From Desulfobulbus propionicus DSM 2032 (GTDB lineage Bacteria; Desulfobacterota; Desulfobulbia; Desulfobulbales; Desulfobulbaceae), in NCBI RefSeq assembly GCF_000186885.1, contig NC_014972.1, positions 2,460,001 through 2,492,000 on the forward strand: 32,000 nt of DNA, in the 5' to 3' direction. The notes beneath the pieces are model-generated. The model saw only the letters and a list, made by a program, of their open reading frames with translations, made no database searches and was not told the origin of the DNA. Below, in pieces: positions 7,749 to 16,524 of this stretch (the stretch's first letter is position 1; the number at the start of each line of letters is the position of its first letter). A program made the position numbers and the translations under genes.

Positions 7749-9239
7749 ATGGCTTTAACGATCAATACAAACGTCGCGTCCCTGAATGCCCAAAGAAATT
7801 TATCCCGCTCCCAAGGCGATCTCGCCACCTCGATGGAGCGGCTCTCTTCCGGACTCCGCATCAACTCCGCCAAGGACGATGCAGCCGGTCTCGCCATCTC
7901 CGACCGGATGACCTCCCAGATCCGCGGCCTGAACCAGGCCACGCGCAACGCCAACGACGGCATCTCGCTCGCCCAGACCGCTGAAGGCGCGATGCAGGAA
8001 TCGACCAACATCCTGCAACGCATGCGGGAACTGGCCGTGCAGGCAGCCAACGCCACCAACTCCGCCGCTGACCGATCCGCCCTCCAGGCCGAGGTCAACC
8101 AGCTGAAGACGGAAATGAACCGGATCGCCAATTCAACCACTTTCAACGGGTTGAAAATCCTCGACGGCTCCTTTGTTTCCCAGCAGTTCCAGGTTGGTCC
8201 CAACCCCAACGAAACCATTGGCTTTTCCATCAAGTCCATGGCCGCCGACGATCTGGGCCGGTACTATCACAATGCCATCAACACCACGGCCAACCAAGGC
8301 GCTGGCTCGTCGACCGCAGCCAATGCCACGCCCCCGACCACCAATACCATCGCCGCGCAAACTTTGACCATCACCGGTTCCAAGGGAACCGACAACCTGA
8401 TCATCGGCGCCGGCGCCACCGCCTGGGAGATCGCCAGCCAGGTGACCAACTCGGCCTCCAAAACCGGCGTGACCGCCACCGCGAGAACCGAAGTGACCCT
8501 CGATGGCTTGTCGGCCTCCGGCGTGGTCAATCTGACCATCGGCTCAGGCGGCAATATCGCGACCGTCAACGCCTCGGTCACCACCACCGACATGAGCGAG
8601 CTGGCAACGGTGATCAACGACCAGAGCGGCACCACCGGGGTGACGGCCACCGTCGACGCCGGAAAGCTCACCCTGGTCCAGGCCGAAGGAAAAGACATTC
8701 AAATCAGCAACTTTTCCCATTCAACCGCCAGCGCGACCATTAAAGCCACGGCCGCCGACAACAACGCCGAAACACTCACTTCCGGCGGTACCGACTCCAC
8801 CCGGGTGTCGGGCGTGATTGAATTCTCCTCGCAGGATTCGTACACCCTCTCCTCCAATGTCGGCGTGGCGGCAGGGTCCATTCTCTCGACAGCGGCCAAC
8901 GCCACCGTGATCGCCAGTTTCGAGGAGGTTACCGCCATCGACATCAGCGATGTCGAGGGAGCCAATGACGCGTTGAAGATCGTTGACGCGGCCCTGGGAA
9001 AAATCGATGCTCAGCGGGGCGATCTCGGCGCCATTCAGAATCGCTTTGAAGCGACCATCGCCAACCTGCAGAACGTGTCCGAAAACCTGACCGCGGCCCG
9101 ATCGCGAATCCGGGATGCCGACATCGCCCAGGAAACCTCGGAAATGACCAAGAACAACATTCTCCAGCAGGCCGGCGTCGCCATCCTCACCCAGGCCAAC
9201 CAAACCCCGCAGCTGGCCCTGCAACTGCTCCAGGGATAA
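7749..9239 (+). CDS. fliC: Flagellin (paralog 1, 496 aa)
   Basis: [19 protein letters not shown]-terminus, conserved D0/D1 N- and C-terminal blocks (LGAIQNRFE...[16 protein letters not shown]). GGAGGAA RBS. The start is the ATG at 7749, not the upstream codon at 7737. Confidence 0.93.
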   Translation: MALTINTNVASLNAQRNLSRSQGDLATSMERLSSGLRINSAKDDAAGLAISDRMTSQIRGLNQATRNANDGISLAQTAEGAMQESTNILQRMRELAVQAANATNSAADRSALQAEVNQLKTEMNRIANSTTFNGLKILDGSFVSQQFQVGPNPNETIGFSIKSMAADDLGRYYHNAINTTANQGAGSSTAANATPPTTNTIAAQTLTITGSKGTDNLIIGAGATAWEIASQVTNSASKTGVTATARTEVTLDGLSASGVVNLTIGSGGNIATVNASVTTTDMSELATVINDQSGTTGVTATVDAGKLTLVQAEGKDIQISNFSHSTASATIKATAADNNAETLTSGGTDSTRVSGVIEFSSQDSYTLSSNVGVAAGSILSTAANATVIASFEEVTAIDISDVEGANDALKIVDAALGKIDAQRGDLGAIQNRFEATIANLQNVSENLTAARSRIRDADIAQETSEMTKNNILQQAGVAILTQANQTPQLALQLLQG

Positions 9240-9264
9240 GAGCTTCCCGAGCAACGTCCCTTTC

Positions 9265-9289
9265 CGGAGGCGGTCCTTGACCGCCTCCG
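9265..9289 (+). terminator. Stem-loop after flagellin 1 (no clear U-tract)
   Basis: CGGAGGCGGTC-CTT-GACCGCCTCCG perfect 11-bp stem, 26 nt after the stop codon. Confidence 0.5.
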
Positions 9290-9576
9290 ATACCTGTACT
9301 GTTCAAGGATCAGCCATGAAAATCGTCATGTTTCACTATAACAGAGATGCGTCCGCCGTCTACCGGCAAAATAACGATCCCTGCACCGGTGCCCGCAGGG
9401 GCAACCAGTTGGTCTCCAACTGCTTTTTGGCCAATGGCTATGCCGACAGACTTCTGTGGGAAGAAGCGGCCTCCCTGAAGCCAAAAAAACCGCAAGAATT
9501 TGCAATTCCGGGCAACTGGCAGTAAGCTCTTTCCCGATCCCCCTTCTCCCCCTCTTGACAACCTATTGGTGCATCC

Positions 9577-10677
9577 ATGCCGCTTCCCCTCTATCTCGCC
9601 CTGGCCCAAGGAACCAACTTCGGATGGGGCGTCTGCAGCCACTACCTTCGCCAGGAACTGGGCGGCATGTACCGTGACGTTCGAATGGTGGACGAGCACA
9701 CACCGCCGTATGTCACGGGCAGCGTGTTCCACGCCTTGGCCGACCTGGAGTTCAATGCCTTGCACCAGGTGAGGGGAACAAAGAACTTCGGCTACACCTT
9801 TTTTGAAAACGAACTCACCGCCCGGTCAGTGGAGAACAGCGCCCAGTACGAGTGCGTGCTGGCCGGGTCCACCTGGTGCCTCGACAAACTCCGGGAAAAA
9901 GGCGTCGAGCACAGCGACCTACTCATCCAGGGGATCGACACAAGCCGTTTTTTCCCCCTGCCGCCCAAAGAAGAGAACAACCTGTTCATCATTTTTTCCG
10001 GAGGCAAATTCGAGCTGCGCAAGGGACAGGACCTGGTCCTGAGTGCATTCAAGATACTCCAGAAGAAATATCAGGACATGGTCCTGATCAACTGCTGGTA
10101 CAACTCCTGGCCCCAGACCATCGCTCTCTTTCAGCACTCGCGGCACATCCAGTTCGAAGCCAAGGGAGAAAGCTGGAAGGAATTCATGCTCCACATCTAT
10201 CGCAAAAACGACCTGGATCCGGATCGGATCATCACCCTTGACCTAGTCGACAATCAATCGCTGCGGGAGCTCTACGCCAAAACCGATCTCGCCGTTTTCC
10301 CCAATCGCTGCGAGGGCGGCACCAATCTGGTGCTGATGGAATACATGGCCTGCGCCAAACCGGTGATTGCCTCCTGCACCAGCGGGCACAAGGATGTGGT
10401 GACCAGGGAGAACGCCCTGCTCCTCGACGAGCTCCACCCCTATCAACTGTATGACGCAGCGGGCAATCTCTGGGCGGACTGGGAAGAGCCCTCGGTGGAT
10501 CAGCTGGTCGCGCTCATCGAATATGCCTATCACCACCGTCAGGAACTCCGTCGCCTGGGCGAACGGGCCGGTCAGGATTTGCAGCGGCTTACCTGGACAC
10601 AGAGCGCGCGGTCCCTGCTGAACACCCTCCTCCGCTACGACGGGATAGGCCGCGAGGATATTCTTCCCGGCCATTAA
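9577..10677 (+). CDS. Glycosyltransferase (GT-B fold, GT4/group-1-like)
   Basis: 366 aa. The C-terminal half has the EGGTNLVLMEYMACAKPVIAS block of the group-1 E-x7-E region. There is no obvious SD before the ATG. Confidence 0.75.
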   Translation: MPLPLYLALAQGTNFGWGVCSHYLRQELGGMYRDVRMVDEHTPPYVTGSVFHALADLEFNALHQVRGTKNFGYTFFENELTARSVENSAQYECVLAGSTWCLDKLREKGVEHSDLLIQGIDTSRFFPLPPKEENNLFIIFSGGKFELRKGQDLVLSAFKILQKKYQDMVLINCWYNSWPQTIALFQHSRHIQFEAKGESWKEFMLHIYRKNDLDPDRIITLDLVDNQSLRELYAKTDLAVFPNRCEGGTNLVLMEYMACAKPVIASCTSGHKDVVTRENALLLDELHPYQLYDAAGNLWADWEEPSVDQLVALIEYAYHHRQELRRLGERAGQDLQRLTWTQSARSLLNTLLRYDGIGREDILPGH

Positions 10678-11282
10678 GCCGGCAGGCTGAGAAAAAAGCT
10701 CCAATACTGGTCCGGCCCGGCCGGAACGGTAAAATCGATATCGATCTCCTCCTCCACCGCGAACCCCGCCCGCACGAATAGGCTGCGCCACATGCTTTTT
10801 CCCAGCACACTGTAATGGTTGGGGTTGGTTTCGTGGTGGCAGCTGGTGTCGGGAGCCGGCACCTCGATATACAGACGGCCGCCCGACCTCAACACTCGTT
10901 TGAATTCCGCAAGGGTGAAATAAGGAAAGATGGAATGTTCCAGGGCATGCCGGCACCAGATGATGTCAAATGAGTTGTCGTCGAACTCCAGGAAGGACTG
11001 ATCCATGGAGCGAACATCCAGCCCTTGCTGCTGACAGATCAGCACATCCTCGCCCAGGGCGATGCCGACCGGCTTCAGGCCGGCGGCAAGAAAGTGGCGC
11101 AAGGCCAAGCCTTGGCCGCACCCGATATCCAGGACCTGTTGCCCCGGCTCGACCCCCTGTTTGGCCAACAGCCGCTCGATCATCTGCCGGGTAATGGACA
11201 GGTGCGGTTCAGATGGAATTTCCGGATAGACATCCGCTTTCAACGTATCGATAAAACAGCCCAATCGCTGCAATCCCTTCAT
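10674..11282 (-). CDS. Class I SAM-dependent methyltransferase
   Basis: VLDIGCGQGLA motif I. Start moved to ATG 11280-11282 (MKGLQRLG...), preceded by GAAGGAGG. Its stop overlaps the convergent GT stop in TTAA (10674-10677). Confidence 0.8.
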   Translation of the reverse strand: MKGLQRLGCFIDTLKADVYPEIPSEPHLSITRQMIERLLAKQGVEPGQQVLDIGCGQGLALRHFLAAGLKPVGIALGEDVLICQQQGLDVRSMDQSFLEFDDNSFDIIWCRHALEHSIFPYFTLAEFKRVLRSGGRLYIEVPAPDTSCHHETNPNHYSVLGKSMWRSLFVRAGFAVEEEIDIDFTVPAGPDQYWSFFLSLPA

Positions 11283-11323
11283 GCTCGCCTCCTTCAAGGC
11301 CACCATGGTTCCGGCCAAGCGGC

Positions 11324-12487
11324 CTAGAACCGCTCTCGACTGAAAAGCAGGTTGAACACATGCTCCGAAAGCACGGTCTCGCTCGGGCTAAGCTGCCGCA
11401 CCTCCGCCCCCTGTCCGACAAAGGCATAGGTGCTGTAGCCCAAGGCGGCCATCTCCGCACGCAAAGCCTGTTCGCTGCCCCCCATGTGCTCCAGGGCAAA
11501 CCTGTTGATCTCGCAAACCACGAACGGAACGCGCCCCTCGCCAAGCGTGGCGCGAGCTCCCTGCAGAACGGCAAGCTCGGAACCTTCGGTATCGATTTTG
11601 ATCAGTTTGACGTTCCTCGCCTCCTCGATGGAAATCAGATCGTCCAGCCGCTGGATGCCGATCTGTTTGACCAACGGACACCAACTCGACCGCTGGTTGA
11701 ACTCATGGGTGGCAATATCCCACAGCGCATGGCCGCCGTAGTTGTCGAGGTTGATGAAAAACCGGCCCGTGCCACGGGTGCTGCCAAGCGCATGGTTGAA
11801 CACCTGGGCGTTGACCAGGCGATTTTTCCGCAGATGCAGGAGAATCTTGCGGTAATTCTTGGTGGAAGGTTCAAAAGTCAGCACCCGGCCCGGCTTTCCG
11901 ACCAGGTGTGCCGCCAGCAGGGTGAAATACCCCACATGGCCGCCGACGTCGATCACCGTGTCGCCCCGCGCCAGCTGCTGCAGAAAAAGGCAGGTTGTTT
12001 CCTCCTCGTAGGTCAGACCGCGCTGGAAATGGTCCAGCATGTGCCGATGGCTGAACTCGTGGGGATCAAGGAACAACGAAAAATGGACCTTCCCGACCTG
12101 TACCCGCGTGGGCTTGATGCGTTCCTTGCCCTTCCGGGGCAGAAGCCGGCGCAGCTGCTGTTGCTGCGGTCGCGGCAGGAAGGCGCCGAACTCATCCCAC
12201 AGCAACAGGGCCTGATCCGGCAGACCACCGGCGACAAACATCTGCATCAGGCTGTTCAGGGCCTCGAAATTGGTGTTATCGGCACTCACGGACCGGGCAA
12301 ACAGCATGACCGCGTCTTCGTAGTGCTCCACCGCATAGCAGACAACGCCGAGATCGGCCAGGGCTCGCGAATGATTGGGATGGGCATTGAGAATGTCCAC
12401 CAGCAGTTCGGCCGCCGCTTCCACGTTCCGCTCGCCATAGAGGGCCTCGGCCCGGTCGAGCTTCTGTTCCACCTCGTGCTGTTCCAT
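11324..12487 (-). CDS. TPR-repeat N-terminal domain fused to FkbM-family methyltransferase
   Basis: Start at ATG 12485-12487 (MEQHEVEQKL...) with GGAGGTG RBS. N-terminal TPR-like helices. C-terminal VIDVGGHVGYFTLLAA...IKIDTEGSELAVLQGA is the FkbM methyltransferase signature. Confidence 0.8.
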   Translation of the reverse strand: MEQHEVEQKLDRAEALYGERNVEAAAELLVDILNAHPNHSRALADLGVVCYAVEHYEDAVMLFARSVSADNTNFEALNSLMQMFVAGGLPDQALLLWDEFGAFLPRPQQQQLRRLLPRKGKERIKPTRVQVGKVHFSLFLDPHEFSHRHMLDHFQRGLTYEEETTCLFLQQLARGDTVIDVGGHVGYFTLLAAHLVGKPGRVLTFEPSTKNYRKILLHLRKNRLVNAQVFNHALGSTRGTGRFFINLDNYGGHALWDIATHEFNQRSSWCPLVKQIGIQRLDDLISIEEARNVKLIKIDTEGSELAVLQGARATLGEGRVPFVVCEINRFALEHMGGSEQALRAEMAALGYSTYAFVGQGAEVRQLSPSETVLSEHVFNLLFSRERF

Positions 12488-12489
12488 GG

Positions 12490-14358
12490 TCACCTCCGTG
12501 CCGTCTGGCGAAGAACCTGATGCAATGTTTGGATGACAGGCTGCCATTCCCCCGGACCGGGCTGGCGCAGCAGGCGGACGGTGGGGTACCAGGGCGAATC
12601 ATCCCGATCCGTGAACCATCGCCAGTCGGCGGCAAATGGAAGCAGCGCGACGGTGGGCAGGGCGAGCGCTCCAGCCAAATGCACGGTGGAGGTGCAGACG
12701 CTGACCACGAGATCCATGCACGCCATGAAGGCGGCCGTGTCGGCATAGTCATGGAGCTCGGCGGACACATCCTTCAATCGCAACACGCCGCCGTCACCGG
12801 CCACCTGCTGCTGCGCCGGCCCGACCTGAAGGGAATAGAAGTCGATCTCGTCGGCCAGTTCGCCCAGCGGCGCCAACTGGGCCAGGGTCATGGACCGGTT
12901 GTGGTCATCCGTCTGCCGTGGATTTCCCGCCCAGATCAGGGCGACCTTCACTTTGGCCGACGGCACCATCCGGGAGCGGGCGTGCTCGATGCGCTCGGGC
13001 GCGACCGCCAGATAGGGGCAGTGGCCGGGCAAGGTGTCAAGGGTGATCCCCAACACCCCCATGAGACTCATCAAGGCCACCTGTGCATCGACCGAAACCT
13101 TGTCGATGGGAAACTCGGTGACCGGCAAAAGTGTGTCGATTGCCGGCACGCTGGACATCAAGCGCCCCAGCGAGGGCTGGCAGGAAAACACGATCTCCGC
13201 GCCGAGCTTTTTCAACAGCGGCAGCAGGCGACAGAATTGGATGGTATCCCCCGCTCCCTGTTCGGCGCGGACCAAAAGCCGTTTCCCCGCCGCCGACCGC
13301 CCATCCCAAATCGGCCATGGACCGTCTAGAAACGTTCCCATGACCGCGAATCGCGATTCATAGTACGGCAGGCCGCGGCGGAAATCCCCTTTGAGCAGGA
13401 GCAGGGAGCCGTATGCGAAACGGGCCTCATGGTGATCGGGGTTGATGCGCAGCAACGATTGATAGGTGCGCTCGGCCTCCTCGATCTTCCGCAGCTTCAC
13501 CTGGAAATAGGCCAAGGCGGCCAAACTGTCGGCATTGCCCGGGTCAAGGGCCAGGGAGCGATCCAGACAGTGCCTGGCCTTGTCGAACAGGTGCCTGTCC
13601 ACATAGAGCGAAGAAAGCGCGTTCAGCGTCTCGACGTTGTCGGGATCGCGTCCCAGGACTCGGGTATACCAGTGCACCGCCTGGTCATAGTCCCGCAAAA
13701 ATCGGCAGACCGTGCCAAGATTCAACAACTTCTTGGTGCACTGGCCATCCAGCTGCACCGCCCGCGATAAAAAATCGTGCGCCTCGCGAAAATTATTGAG
13801 CCGGAGATGCGCCGTCCCGGCCGCCAGCAGCACGTCCCCGTTCTCCGGCAGCATCTCCAGCAGCCGCAAGGAAAACGTCAGCACATCCTCCCATCGTTTT
13901 TCTTCTATAAAAATATTGGTCAACAGGAGAAGGGACTCCAGATGGCGCGGCTGGACGTTCAATGCCGCCAACAGGGACTCAACGGCAAAGGAGACATTCC
14001 CTGCCCGGTACTGCACAAAGCCGGCGCTATAGAGCAGTTCCGCATTGCCTGCCCCCTGCTCCAATGCCTGGGCCATCAGAGTGGCGGCCTCCGCCACTTG
14101 TTTCTGGGCTGCCAGGATGCGGGCCATGGCGCACAGGGCCTCGGGATGGTGCGGCCACGCCCTGAACACAGACTGCAACAGATCCGCCGCCGCCTCGAAT
14201 TGTCCTGATTTTTCTAGCTTCTTTACCCTGGACAAGACGGCATCCGAATCCTGGGCAGCTTGTTTCGCCGCGAACGGTTTCCTTGGCTGCCCCGCGGCTC
14301 CTGCCTGTTTTTTTGTCTGTTTTTTTTGCCTGCCCATCACGGTTTCCCAGCGTCGCAA
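12490..14358 (-). CDS. Multi-TPR protein with C-terminal GT9-like (heptosyltransferase-fold) glycosyltransferase domain; FlmG-like architecture
   Basis: About 330 aa of TPR repeats, then LLVRAEQGAGDTIQFCRLLPLLKKLGAEIVF...VSVCTSTVHLAGALALPTVALLP, resembling GT9. The start is ambiguous (TTG 14358 or ATG 14337). It stops 2 nt before the next gene. Confidence 0.75.
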   Translation of the reverse strand: MRRWETVMGRQKKQTKKQAGAAGQPRKPFAAKQAAQDSDAVLSRVKKLEKSGQFEAAADLLQSVFRAWPHHPEALCAMARILAAQKQVAEAATLMAQALEQGAGNAELLYSAGFVQYRAGNVSFAVESLLAALNVQPRHLESLLLLTNIFIEEKRWEDVLTFSLRLLEMLPENGDVLLAAGTAHLRLNNFREAHDFLSRAVQLDGQCTKKLLNLGTVCRFLRDYDQAVHWYTRVLGRDPDNVETLNALSSLYVDRHLFDKARHCLDRSLALDPGNADSLAALAYFQVKLRKIEEAERTYQSLLRINPDHHEARFAYGSLLLLKGDFRRGLPYYESRFAVMGTFLDGPWPIWDGRSAAGKRLLVRAEQGAGDTIQFCRLLPLLKKLGAEIVFSCQPSLGRLMSSVPAIDTLLPVTEFPIDKVSVDAQVALMSLMGVLGITLDTLPGHCPYLAVAPERIEHARSRMVPSAKVKVALIWAGNPRQTDDHNRSMTLAQLAPLGELADEIDFYSLQVGPAQQQVAGDGGVLRLKDVSAELHDYADTAAFMACMDLVVSVCTSTVHLAGALALPTVALLPFAADWRWFTDRDDSPWYPTVRLLRQPGPGEWQPVIQTLHQVLRQTARR

Positions 14359-14439
14359 ACTTTTTTAAATGAAATTACAGACTGTTAACAAAAAAAAACG
14401 CCCATTGCCCCAAAAAAGATTTCACCCTGCTTTTTTTTC

Positions 14440-14467
14440 TAAAGGAAAGAAGGGCCGGCACCGATAA
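14440..14467 (+). promoter_or_regulatory. Sigma28 (FliA)-type promoter for flagellin 2
   Basis: TAAA (14440-14443) and CCGATAA (14461-14467) match TAAA-N15-GCCGATAA with a spacer one nt longer. This predicts a 5' leader of about 150 nt. Confidence 0.5.
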
Positions 14468-14627
14468 GAAAATTAACCAAGAAATTCATTTGGAATAAAT
14501 ACTCAAGGAACCCAACGAACAGGAGGCCACAACCCACAACGATCGCAGGACAAGCAGTACAGTTTGAACAACCGGCAAGGATGCCAACTATACGAATACG
14601 CCACTACAATATTCATGGAGGAATATC

Positions 14628-16076
14628 ATGGCACTTTCAATCAACACAAACGTAGCTTCTCTCAACGCGCAACGCAACCTGGGTGCAACCCAATCCAATT
14701 TGGCAAAATCCATGCAGCGTCTCTCAAGTGGTCTTCGGATCAACTCTGCGAAGGATGATGCCGCCGGTCTGGCTATTTCCGACCGGATGACCTCTCAGAT
14801 CCGCGGCCTCAATCAGGCTGTCCGGAACGCAAACGACGGTATTTCTCTGGCGCAGACCGCTGAAGGCGCGATGCAGGAAAGCACCAACATCCTGCAGCGG
14901 ATGCGCGAACTGGCCGTGCAGTCGGCCAACGACTCCAACACCGGTTCCGACCGTGCTTCTCTGCAGAAAGAAGTAGCCCAGCTGCAGCAGGAACTGGACC
15001 GGATCGCCACCACCACCTCCTTCAACGGCAAGAATGTTCTTGACGGCACCTTTACCGCCCAATCCTTCCAGGTGGGCGCCAATGCCGGCGAGACCATTTC
15101 CTTTTCCGTCGGTGGAGCTTCCTCGACCCAGATCGGCGCCCATCAGCTCAAGGTCGCCGGCACGATCAATCAAGCCACCGCGGGCACCGCAAACACCGTG
15201 GCCGCCCAGACCATGACCGTCTCCGGTTCCCTGGGCACCGAGTCGATCACCGTGGCCGCTGGCGCCACCGCCAAGACCATTGCCGAGAAGATCAACAACA
15301 TCAGCAACGACACCGGTGTCAATGCCACTGCGGTCACCAACGCCAAACTGACGGTGGGAGCGACAGGTGCCCAGAGCTTCCAGCTCTTCGGCAAGAACAC
15401 CACCGGCGAGACCATTTCCGCCAATATCACCAACCTCTCCGACCTGACCGAACTGGCCGACGCCATCAATTCCAAGGCGGCAGAGACCGGCGTCACGGCG
15501 GAGCTGGCGGCGGACAAGGCGTCGATCACCCTGAAGAACACCGAGGGCGAGGATATCCAGATGACCTGGGCATCTGGAAACCAAAGCCTGCAAGGTTTGG
15601 CGGCCGACGGCACCACCGCAGCCGGCTCGGCGGTGGCGATGACCAGCGCGGGTTCGGCCTCGGTGGGCGGCAACATTACCTTCAATGCGGAAAAATCCTA
15701 CTCGGTCGCCTCCACCAGCACGACCACGGTGCTGGATGCGGCAAGCAAGGGCAGCGCCCTCACCTCGGTCGGTTCGGTGGACATCAGCACCCGTTCCGGG
15801 GCCAACGACGCCCTCTCGGTGATCGACAGCGCCATCAGCTTCATCGATACCGAACGGGCCAATCTGGGTGCGATCCAGAACCGGTTTGAATCAACCATTT
15901 CCAACCTGCAGAACATCTCCGAGAACGTCTCGGCTGCCCGGTCGCGGATCCTGGATGCGGATATCGCCCAGGAGACCTCCAACATGACCAAGCAGAACAT
16001 CCTGCAGCAAGCCGGTGTCTCGATCCTGGCCCAGGCCAACCAGACCCCGCAGCTGGCTTTGAGTCTGCTCCAGTAA
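14628..16076 (+). CDS. fliC: Flagellin (paralog 2, 482 aa)
   Basis: [18 protein letters not shown]..., conserved N- and C-terminal flagellin domains, GGAGGAA RBS. Confidence 0.93.
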   Translation: MALSINTNVASLNAQRNLGATQSNLAKSMQRLSSGLRINSAKDDAAGLAISDRMTSQIRGLNQAVRNANDGISLAQTAEGAMQESTNILQRMRELAVQSANDSNTGSDRASLQKEVAQLQQELDRIATTTSFNGKNVLDGTFTAQSFQVGANAGETISFSVGGASSTQIGAHQLKVAGTINQATAGTANTVAAQTMTVSGSLGTESITVAAGATAKTIAEKINNISNDTGVNATAVTNAKLTVGATGAQSFQLFGKNTTGETISANITNLSDLTELADAINSKAAETGVTAELAADKASITLKNTEGEDIQMTWASGNQSLQGLAADGTTAAGSAVAMTSAGSASVGGNITFNAEKSYSVASTSTTTVLDAASKGSALTSVGSVDISTRSGANDALSVIDSAISFIDTERANLGAIQNRFESTISNLQNISENVSAARSRILDADIAQETSNMTKQNILQQAGVSILAQANQTPQLALSLLQ

Positions 16077-16087
16077 AAACCCCCTTT

Positions 16088-16117
16088 CCTGAGGAGACCG
16101 CCTGCGGTCTCCTCAGG
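16088..16117 (+). terminator. Terminator-like hairpin after flagellin 2
   Basis: CCTGAGGAGACC-GCCTGC-GGTCTCCTCAGG 12-bp stem followed by a T-rich stretch (gatattttt). Confidence 0.6.
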
Positions 16118-16152
16118 CCCTGATATTTTTCTCATTACACGGAGGTAACCGG

Positions 16153-16500
16153 ATGAATATCGAGGCACTCGGCACAACCGGCGCCAGTCCGCCACGGGTC
16201 AACGAATCGGCCCAGCAGGTGGAGCGCAGGCGGCAGGACAGCCAGCAGCAATCCCCGCTCGGCTCGGAGAAGGAAAGCAAACTGCACCCCGAGGAGCTGT
16301 TGAACCAGATCAAATCCATCACCGAAAATGGATTGTACAGCGTCCGTTTCGAGCGCGACAGCGGCACCGAGGAATTGATCGTAAAGATTGTCGACAGCGA
16401 TACCGATGAAGTGATACGGCAGATTCCGCCGGAAGAATTGATCAATCTCAGCAAACACCTCAAGGAACTCAGCGGCAACTTGGTCAACACCGTCAGCTGA
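16153..16500 (+). CDS. flaG: Flagellar protein FlaG
   Basis: 115 aa. The C-terminal block LYSVRFERDSGTEELIVKIVDSDTDEVIRQIPPEELINL is the FlaG family signature. GGAGG RBS. Confidence 0.85.
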   Translation: MNIEALGTTGASPPRVNESAQQVERRRQDSQQQSPLGSEKESKLHPEELLNQIKSITENGLYSVRFERDSGTEELIVKIVDSDTDEVIRQIPPEELINLSKHLKELSGNLVNTVS

Positions 16501-16524
16501 CCCGCACCATCGGAGAACCGAGCC

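Noticed and set aside
9555-9560. Perfect TTGACA 17 nt upstream of the GT start codon
   Set aside because: No acceptable -10 hexamer at 16-18 nt spacing, since it would fall inside the coding sequence. Probably coincidental.
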